DNA of 29,301 nt. Origin: Chloroflexota bacterium. Lineage in GTDB: Bacteria > Chloroflexota > Limnocylindria > QHBO01. A model generated the notes under the pieces. The model was not told the DNA's origin and did no database searches. It worked only from the letters and a program-made list of their open reading frames with translations. This document shows positions 23,051-29,301 of this stretch, piece by piece (the first letter of the stretch is position 1; every line of letters begins with the position of its first letter). The position numbers and the translations under genes were made by a program. The stretch covers positions 1 through 29,301 of the forward strand of contig JBKOZM010000138.1 of NCBI GenBank assembly GCA_046725855.1, written 5' to 3'.

Positions 23051-25006
23051 GTGAGCCACCTGGAGCGCATGACCGACCCCGCGCATCTGCGCGGTATGTC
23101 CCCGGCCGAGCTCGAGACCCTGGCGTCCGAGCTGCGGGAGCGAATGATCCGCACCGTCAAGCAGACCGGCGGGCACCTGGCCAGCTCGCTCGGCGCCGTC
23201 GAGCTGGCGATCGCCCTGCACCGAACCGTGGACTCGCCGCGCGATCGGATCGTGTGGGACACCGGCCACCAGGCCTACGCCCACAAGCTGCTCACTGGCC
23301 GGGCCGAGCGGTTCGACACCCTGCGGCAGATCGACGGAGTCGGCGGCTTCCCACGGCGTAGCGAGAGCGAGCACGACGTGTTCGACGGCGGCCACGCCGG
23401 GACGGGGGTGAGCATCGGCATCGGCCTGGCCATCGCGCGGGACCTGAAGTCGCCGGGGAGCAAGGGGCGACGGCAGCGGATCGCGGTGGTGGTGGGGGAT
23501 GCGGCGCTGCAGAGCGGCCTGACGCTGGAGGCGCTGAACCACCTGGGCCACACCCGCCATCGGCTGCTGATCGTGCTCAACGACAACGAGATGAGCATCA
23601 GCCCGTCGGTGGGCGGCCTGTCCACGCGCCTGAACAAGCTGCGACTGACGCGGGCCTACCAGGAGACGAAGAGCGTCACCCAGCGGGTGCTGCCGCGCAT
23701 CCCGTTGATCGGGCAGCCGCTCTACCGGCTGCTGGCCTGGGCCAAGGAGGGCTTCAAGCGGTCCTGGGCCAAGGTCGGCTTCTTCGAGGACATGGGGATC
23801 ACCTACATCGGTGTCCTGGATGGGCACAACCTGGCCGAGCTGGAGGAAAGCTTCGAGCGCGCCTTCGCGCTGCCCGGTCCGGTGCTGGTTCACGTCAAGA
23901 CCATCAAGGGGCGGGGCTACGCGCCGGCCGAGCAGGACAGCGTCAGCTTCCACGGTGCCAGCCTGCCGCCTATCGACCTGGGCCTGATCGATCCGACCGA
24001 GGAGCCGATTCCGGCAGAGACGTCCGGCCAGCGCAAGCCGAAGACCTACACCCAGACCTTCGTCGAGGAGCTGGTGCGCCTGGCCAGGGCCGATGACCGC
24101 ATCTGCGCCATCACCGCCGGCATGCCCACCGGCACCGGGCTCTCGCGCTTTGCCGATCAGTTCCCGTCGCGCTTCTTCGACGTCGGCATCGCCGAGCAGC
24201 ACTCGCTGACCATGGCCACCGGCCTGGCCCTGGCCGGGCTGCGGCCGGTGGTGGCGCTGTACTCGACCTTCAGCCAGCGCGCCTACGACCAGCTCGTCCA
24301 CGACATCTGCCAGAACGACGCGGCGGTGCTGCTGGCGATCGACCGCGCCGGCCTGGTGGGCGAGGACGGCACCAGCCACCAGGGCATGTTCACGCTGCCC
24401 GCGCAGCGCTCGCTGCCGAACCTGGTGATCGGCTCACCGAAGGACGAGCAGGAGATGCGCGACCTGGTCGTCACAGCCTTCGCTCACGAGGGGCCGATCT
24501 CGCTGCACTACCCGCGCGACCTGGGCGAGGACCTGCCGGACCGTGCCGGCGAGCGACTGGAGATCGGCCGTGGCGAGGTGATGCGCACCGGTGACGACCT
24601 GCTGCTGGTGGGCTTCGGGCCGATCGTGCAGCGCCTCTGCCAGGTCGCCGACGCGCTCGAGCACGAGCACGGCCTGGCCGCGACGCTCATCAACGCGCGC
24701 TGGGCCAAGCCACTGGACGAAGCGCTGATCGCCGAGCACGCCGCCGGGAAACGGCTGGTCGTCACCGCCGAGGAGTCCGCCGCCATGGGCGGCTTCGGCG
24801 ACGGCGTGCTCGACGCTCTGAACCGGGCCGGCGTCCACGTGCCGCTCCTGAAGGTGGCGCTGACGGAGGGCTTCGTGCACCACGGCGCGGTGAGCGACCT
24901 GCGGCGGCAGCAGCGGATCGACGCGCCGGGCATCCTGGGCCAGGTTCGCGAGGCGCTCGGCCTCGCCGCTCCCGCCCCACATGACGCCGAGGTCGGCGCC
25001 GCCTAG
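23051..25006 (+). CDS. dxs: 1-deoxy-D-xylulose-5-phosphate synthase
   Basis: GGHLASSLG, WDTGHQAYAHK, GDAAL..G...EALN, LNDNEMSI, TIKGRG, DVGIAEQH, YSTF.QRAYDQ. GTG 23051 preferred, 8 nt after TATACT. Confidence 0.97.
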   Translation: MSHLERMTDPAHLRGMSPAELETLASELRERMIRTVKQTGGHLASSLGAVELAIALHRTVDSPRDRIVWDTGHQAYAHKLLTGRAERFDTLRQIDGVGGFPRRSESEHDVFDGGHAGTGVSIGIGLAIARDLKSPGSKGRRQRIAVVVGDAALQSGLTLEALNHLGHTRHRLLIVLNDNEMSISPSVGGLSTRLNKLRLTRAYQETKSVTQRVLPRIPLIGQPLYRLLAWAKEGFKRSWAKVGFFEDMGITYIGVLDGHNLAELEESFERAFALPGPVLVHVKTIKGRGYAPAEQDSVSFHGASLPPIDLGLIDPTEEPIPAETSGQRKPKTYTQTFVEELVRLARADDRICAITAGMPTGTGLSRFADQFPSRFFDVGIAEQHSLTMATGLALAGLRPVVALYSTFSQRAYDQLVHDICQNDAAVLLAIDRAGLVGEDGTSHQGMFTLPAQRSLPNLVIGSPKDEQEMRDLVVTAFAHEGPISLHYPRDLGEDLPDRAGERLEIGRGEVMRTGDDLLLVGFGPIVQRLCQVADALEHEHGLAATLINARWAKPLDEALIAEHAAGKRLVVTAEESAAMGGFGDGVLDALNRAGVHVPLLKVALTEGFVHHGAVSDLRRQQRIDAPGILGQVREALGLAAPAPHDAEVGAA

Positions 25007-25019
25007 CGGCACCTCGCCA

Positions 25020-25048
25020 TTGACAGCCGCCCGGGCTAGGTCCACGCT
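25020..25048 (+). promoter_or_regulatory. Putative sigma70-type promoter TTGACA-17 bp-CACGCT, giving a leaderless transcript at GTG 25055
   Basis: Consensus -35, ideal spacing, start codon 6 nt after the -10. Confidence 0.6.
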
Positions 25049-25054
25049 CGCCAC

Positions 25055-25303
25055 GTGGGAGACCTGCTCGAGCTCGCCGCCCCGCGCAGCCGCTGGTTCG
25101 AGGACGCCCGCGGGCGATCGCTGAAGGCATCGTGGCACCCGGAGGCCGGCCTCGTGGTCATCTCGCTGTGGGAGTCGGATCGCTGCATCGGCACCTTTCG
25201 CCTGCCGGCCAGCGATGCTCCGGAGCTCATGGTCCTGCTCGCGGGCGCGGTGAAGGCCTGGGCCGCCGGGCTGGCACCCAACGGGGACGTCGCTGAGGGG
25301 TGA
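25055..25303 (+). CDS. 82-aa hypothetical protein (beta-strands followed by a helix)
   Basis: Fills the dxs-tlyA gap, has its own promoter-like signal, GTGA overlap with tlyA. Confidence 0.7.
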   Translation: MGDLLELAAPRSRWFEDARGRSLKASWHPEAGLVVISLWESDRCIGTFRLPASDAPELMVLLAGAVKAWAAGLAPNGDVAEG

Positions 25304-26124
25304 GCCTGCGCGTCAGGCTGGATCAGCTCCTCGTGGACCGCGGGCTGGCGCCCTCGCGAGCCGCCGCCCAGGCGATGCTGATGGCCGGCGAGGTCGAGCT
25401 GCCAGGCGCTGCCAGCCGCGTCCTGAAGCCGGGCCAGCTGGTGGCCGCCGACCGTGAGGTCAACGTCCTGCAACGCCCGCGCTGGGCGAGTCGGGGCGGC
25501 GAGAAGCTGGAGGCGGCGCTGGATGCGTTCGCGATCGACCCGTTGGGTTGGGCCTGCCTGGACGCGGGGGCGTCGACCGGCGGCTTCACCGACGTGCTGC
25601 TGGCGCGCGGCGCGCGCGTCGTGTACGCCGTCGACGTGGGGCGCGCGCAGCTGCTCGACCGGCTGCGCAAGCACCCACGCGTCCGGGCCATGGAGCGTAC
25701 CAACCTTCGGACGCTCCAAACGCTGCCGGAGGAGGTGGAGCTGGCCACGCTCGACCTCTCGTTCATCTCGCTCCGCCTGGTCCTTCCGACCGTCAGGCGC
25801 TTGCTGAAGGCCGATGGGCAGGTCGTGGCCCTGGTCAAACCCCAGTTCGAGGCGGGGCGAGGGGCAGTGCCGCGTGGCGGCGTCGTGCGCGACCCCGGCG
25901 TGCATCGCGACGTGCTGCTCCGCTTCGGCGACGAGGCGCGCGGCGCCGGATTCGGCACGCGGGCCGTGATCCGTTCGCCGATCGCCGGCTGGGATGGCAA
26001 CCTCGAGTTCCTGGCCCATCTGACCGCCCCACCCGGCGCTACGCGCACGGCCTGGGCACGGCGCGTCAGGAGCATCACGGCTGCATCGGTCCAGCCTGGT
26101 CGTATTACGATGCGCGACGGATGA
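25300..26124 (+). CDS. tlyA: TlyA family rRNA 2'-O-methyltransferase
   Basis: S4 domain RLDQLLVDRGL..SR; SRGGEKL, DAGASTGGFT, DLSFISL, LVKPQFEAG, SPI.G..GN.EFL. Confidence 0.95.
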   Translation: MSLRVRLDQLLVDRGLAPSRAAAQAMLMAGEVELPGAASRVLKPGQLVAADREVNVLQRPRWASRGGEKLEAALDAFAIDPLGWACLDAGASTGGFTDVLLARGARVVYAVDVGRAQLLDRLRKHPRVRAMERTNLRTLQTLPEEVELATLDLSFISLRLVLPTVRRLLKADGQVVALVKPQFEAGRGAVPRGGVVRDPGVHRDVLLRFGDEARGAGFGTRAVIRSPIAGWDGNLEFLAHLTAPPGATRTAWARRVRSITAASVQPGRITMRDG

Positions 26125-26486
26125 GGAAGCGGACCGCCCACCCGCAGGTCGAGCAGCTGAGCGTCGGGTTCGAGGGGCTCGATCTCGGCGAGCCGCTCAT
26201 GCAGGACATCGCCCCCGACACCATGCGCCAGATCGTCTCACTGCGCATGCCCGACGCGCTGGTGGCGCGAGTCGAGACGGCGGCCCGCGCGCGGGGGGTC
26301 TCACCGTCGAGCCTGATGCGGGCCCTGATCGCGGCCGGCCTCGACCGCTCGTACGCGGCCGTGCAGGATGACGTGGCCTCGGAGATCGCCGCCCTGCGGC
26401 GGGATGTGGCCGAGATCGCGGCCCGCCTGAAGGCCGGCGGGACAGGAGGGCGGAGGCCGCCGACCGATAGCGCGGCGGGGGACTGA
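26121..26486 (+). CDS. Ribbon-helix-helix (CopG-like) DNA-binding protein with a C-terminal coiled coil
   Basis: QIVSLRMPDALVARVETAARARGVSPSSLMRALIAAGL. ATGA overlap with the tlyA stop; C-terminal part of track ORF 25548..26486. Confidence 0.8.
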   Translation: MRKRTAHPQVEQLSVGFEGLDLGEPLMQDIAPDTMRQIVSLRMPDALVARVETAARARGVSPSSLMRALIAAGLDRSYAAVQDDVASEIAALRRDVAEIAARLKAGGTGGRRPPTDSAAGD

Positions 26487-27320
26487 ATGCGGATCGGCCT
26501 GGTCCACAACCCAACCAACTCGGACGCGCACGAGGCGCTGCGACGCGCCGAAGCCTGGTGCCAGGCCCACGGCGTCGAGGCCTGGGACGCGGCAGCCGAG
26601 GATGGCGACGCGATTCGTGCCAACTGCCCAGGGACGGACCTGATCTGCGTGCTCGGTGGTGACGGGACCTTCCTGCGCACCGCCGGCGCCATTGGCGACA
26701 GCGGCGTGCCGGCGCTCGGCATCAACCTCGGCCGGGTGGGCTTCCTGGCCAAGGTGGAGACCGATGGGCTGGAGCGCGCGCTCGACCAGGTCGCAGCCGG
26801 CGACTATGCCGTCGAGGACCGCTTGCGCATTGGCGCGACCCTGCTGCGCAGCGACGGGAGCCGGGAGCAGTTCGCCTGCCTGAACGAGGTCGTGCTCACC
26901 CGCGGCTCGCGGGTGCGGATGATCCAGATCGAGGTCGAGGTCAGTGGCAGCCACATGGCCACCTACGTGGCCGACGCGGTGGTGGTGGCGACGCCGACCG
27001 GCTCGACGGCCTACTCGTTCTCGGCCGGCGGCTCTGTGCTCGATCCCCGACTGCGCAACATGATCATCACCCCGGTGGCCGCCTACCTCTCGCCGCTGCA
27101 CAGCGTGGTCGCCGGCGAGGAGCACGTGGTCCAGCTGACGCTGCTGCACGCGCCAGCTGGGGCCCTCCTCTCCGTCGACGGCCAGTGGGACCTGCCCCTC
27201 GCCGACGGAGATCGGGTCGAGGTGCGTGCCTTGCCGGTCCCTTTGCGCCTCATCGAGCCGACGGGGTCGACCTCGTTCTACGACCTGCTGCGGACGAAGG
27301 CCTCGAGCCTTCCGTACTGA
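26487..27320 (+). CDS. nadK: NAD(+) kinase
   Basis: VLGGDGTFL, GINLGRVGFL, LNEV, ATPTGSTAYSFSAGG. Confidence 0.96.
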   Translation: MRIGLVHNPTNSDAHEALRRAEAWCQAHGVEAWDAAAEDGDAIRANCPGTDLICVLGGDGTFLRTAGAIGDSGVPALGINLGRVGFLAKVETDGLERALDQVAAGDYAVEDRLRIGATLLRSDGSREQFACLNEVVLTRGSRVRMIQIEVEVSGSHMATYVADAVVVATPTGSTAYSFSAGGSVLDPRLRNMIITPVAAYLSPLHSVVAGEEHVVQLTLLHAPAGALLSVDGQWDLPLADGDRVEVRALPVPLRLIEPTGSTSFYDLLRTKASSLPY

Positions 27321-27322
27321 AC

Positions 27323-28207
27323 GTGGACCCTGCGCTCGGCGAAGCGATCGACGCCTTCCTGCTCGAGCTGCGGGTCGAGCGTGGGCTCTCGCCATTGACC
27401 GTGGTGGCCTACCGGCGCGACCTGGCCCAGTTCGCCGCGACCGCAGGCAGCAGCTGGCGCCGCGACCCGGAGCCGGTTCGCGACTTCGTGAACGCGCTGC
27501 GCGGCGCCGGCCGTCGGCCGAGCACGCAGGCTCGCAAGGTGGCCGCGATCCGAAGCTTCTACGGCTTCGCCCTGCGCGAGGGACTGGCGGAGCGGGACGT
27601 GGCCGGCCTGCTCGACGCCCCGCGGCCAGGCAGCTACCTGCCGGACGTGCTGGATCTCGACGAGGTGGCGCGCATCCTCGACGCGCCGCCGGCTGAGGAT
27701 GCGGTCGGCACCCGCGACCGCGCCATCCTGGAGCTGCTGTACGCCTGCGGGCTGCGCGTCAGCGAGCTGACCGGCCTGGACACTGACAGGATCGACTTGG
27801 CCGGCCTCCAGGTGCGGGTCATCGGCAAGGGCAACCGTGAGCGACGCGTGCCGATGGGAGAGCCGGCGCGCGACAGGCTGCATCGGTACCTGACCGGTCC
27901 GCGAGCGACCTGGACCGCCCGGCGGCCGACGCCGGCCGCCTTCGTGAGCCAGCGCGGGGCGCGGCTGCGGCGTGAATCGGTCTGGCGTCTGGTCCGTCGC
28001 TGGACGAAAGCGGCCGGGGTGGTCGGGCACGTCACGCCGCACACCTTCCGGCACAGCTTTGCGACCCACCTGCTGGAGGGCGGAGCCGATCTCCGCGTGG
28101 TCCAGACCCTGCTCGGCCATGCTAGCATCAGCACCACCCAGCTCTACACACACCTGACGGGAGAGCGTCTGCGCGAGGTGTACACCCGGGCGCATCCCCG
28201 AGCCTGA
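27323..28207 (+). CDS. xerD: Site-specific tyrosine recombinase XerD/XerC-type
   Basis: RDRAILELLYACGLRVSEL, GKGNRER, HTFRHSFATHLL, LGHASISTTQLY. Start GTG 27323 (or CTG 27317), not the track's 27185. Confidence 0.9.
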   Translation: MDPALGEAIDAFLLELRVERGLSPLTVVAYRRDLAQFAATAGSSWRRDPEPVRDFVNALRGAGRRPSTQARKVAAIRSFYGFALREGLAERDVAGLLDAPRPGSYLPDVLDLDEVARILDAPPAEDAVGTRDRAILELLYACGLRVSELTGLDTDRIDLAGLQVRVIGKGNRERRVPMGEPARDRLHRYLTGPRATWTARRPTPAAFVSQRGARLRRESVWRLVRRWTKAAGVVGHVTPHTFRHSFATHLLEGGADLRVVQTLLGHASISTTQLYTHLTGERLREVYTRAHPRA

Positions 28208-28224
28208 AGCGGAGCACCTCAAAG

Positions 28225-29031
28225 ATGAGCTACGCCCGGAACCTCCTCAGCCGCGGCGAGGAGGTCGTCTTCGAGAGCCGGCAGCACTGGTTCGCCGTCC
28301 TCCGCCAGACCTGGGCCTGGATCATCGGCGCCATCGTCGCCTTCGCCCTGCTGCTGTGGGTCGGCACCAACGAGAACGTCGGGGGTGAGCAGCTGGACGG
28401 CATCCTGACGGTGGTCCTGCTGATCGTGCTGATCGTGGCCCTCGCCCGCATCGGCCTGGTGGTCTGGGCCTGGCGCAACCAGGAGTACCTGATCACCAAC
28501 CGGCGCGTCATCAAGGCGGAGGGCATCTTCAACAAGGAGATGGGCGACTCCAGCCTGGAGAAGGTGAATGACGCACGCCTCACCCAGAGCTGGCTGGGGC
28601 GCATCTTCGACTACGGCAGCCTGGACATCCTGACTGCATCGGAGGCCGCCGAGACGGGGCTGCTCAACGACTTCCCGATGATCGCCGAGCCGGTGAAGTT
28701 CAAGGTGGCGATGCTCAATCAGAAGGAGCGCCTGGAGCGCCCGGATCTGGCACCGCCGCCATCTCAGCGCCCGGCGGCGGCGCCGGCGATGCAGCGGGCG
28801 GAACCGATGCCGCCGCGCGCCGGCTCGGACCGCGTCTCCGAGGTGCGAGCGGACGCAACCCCGTCCGCGCCCGCCAACCCGGCACCGGCTGAGGGCTCGG
28901 CGCCAAGCACGCCACCATCCAGCAGCCAACTGGCCGCCACGCTCGAGAGCCTGGCCGGGCTGCGTGACCGCGGGCTCATCACGCCTGAGGAGTACGAGGC
29001 CAAGAAGCGCGAGCTCCTGGAGCGGATGTAG
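28225..29031 (+). CDS. Membrane protein with a bacterial PH domain (bPH_2-like) and a C-terminal SHOCT domain
   Basis: EEVVFESRQHW, two TMs, YLITNRRVIK..GIF, RIFDYGSLDI; SHOCT LESLAGLRDRGLITPEEYEAKKRELL. Confidence 0.85.
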   Translation: MSYARNLLSRGEEVVFESRQHWFAVLRQTWAWIIGAIVAFALLLWVGTNENVGGEQLDGILTVVLLIVLIVALARIGLVVWAWRNQEYLITNRRVIKAEGIFNKEMGDSSLEKVNDARLTQSWLGRIFDYGSLDILTASEAAETGLLNDFPMIAEPVKFKVAMLNQKERLERPDLAPPPSQRPAAAPAMQRAEPMPPRAGSDRVSEVRADATPSAPANPAPAEGSAPSTPPSSSQLAATLESLAGLRDRGLITPEEYEAKKRELLERM

Positions 29032-29301
29032 GTGGAGCCGGTCCGCCGGGGCGCACTGCCCGACGGGCTCTACGGGCAGGAGCTGGAGCGCCGGATCGAC
29101 GAGGCCGCCGCCTTCATCGGCGAGCGCCTGGCCGCCGTTCCCCCGCTCAGGGAGCCGAGGCTTGCCTTCGTGCTCGGCTCTGGCCTGGGTGGCGTGGCCG
29201 AGCTGCTGGATGCCGAGCCGCAGGTGCGGATTCGCTACGCCGAGATCCCGAACGTCCCGGCGTCAGAGGTGGCGGGCCATGCCGGCGAGCTGATCGGTGG
29301 G
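29032..29301 (+). CDS. punA: Purine-nucleoside phosphorylase (PNP-I/PunA-like), 3' truncated; not in the ORF track
   Basis: GTG directly after the previous stop gives MEPVRR...LAFVLGSGLGGVAE...IRYAEIPNVPASEVAGHAGELIGG, running off the window. Confidence 0.9.
   Translation, partial: MEPVRRGALPDGLYGQELERRIDEAAAFIGERLAAVPPLREPRLAFVLGSGLGGVAELLDAEPQVRIRYAEIPNVPASEVAGHAGELIGG

Noticed and set aside
27323-28207. Integrase of a mobile element
   Set aside because: XerD-like length and motifs in housekeeping context (nadK, punA); no att repeats or cargo seen.

Overview
High-GC housekeeping region with almost all genes on the + strand. Protein style suggests Chloroflexota (inference). Gene order: rel (5' truncated) - long RNA-like hairpin - DinB-family - GT-C mannosyltransferase (- strand) - hisS - aspS - LCP - iscS - mnmA - three small membrane/stress-type proteins - alaS - FtsA-like actin ATPase - single-pass membrane protein with a baseplate-J-like domain - ruvX - mltG - Xaa-Pro peptidase - efp - xseA - xseB - GNAT - dxs - 82-aa hypothetical - tlyA - RHH protein - nadK - xerD - PH/SHOCT membrane protein - purine nucleoside phosphorylase (3' truncated). 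The most striking feature is the FtsA-like + membrane-anchored baseplate-J-like gene pair, placed inside the alaS-ruvX-mltG run with no phage or dcw genes nearby. Also notable: a ~170-nt rod-shaped ncRNA candidate, a 38-bp octamer-repeat element present twice, many apparently leaderless genes, and an EF-P with a non-canonical KMARG loop. No rRNA, tRNA, CRISPR array or transposon was seen. All calls come from motif recognition by eye; no searches were run.
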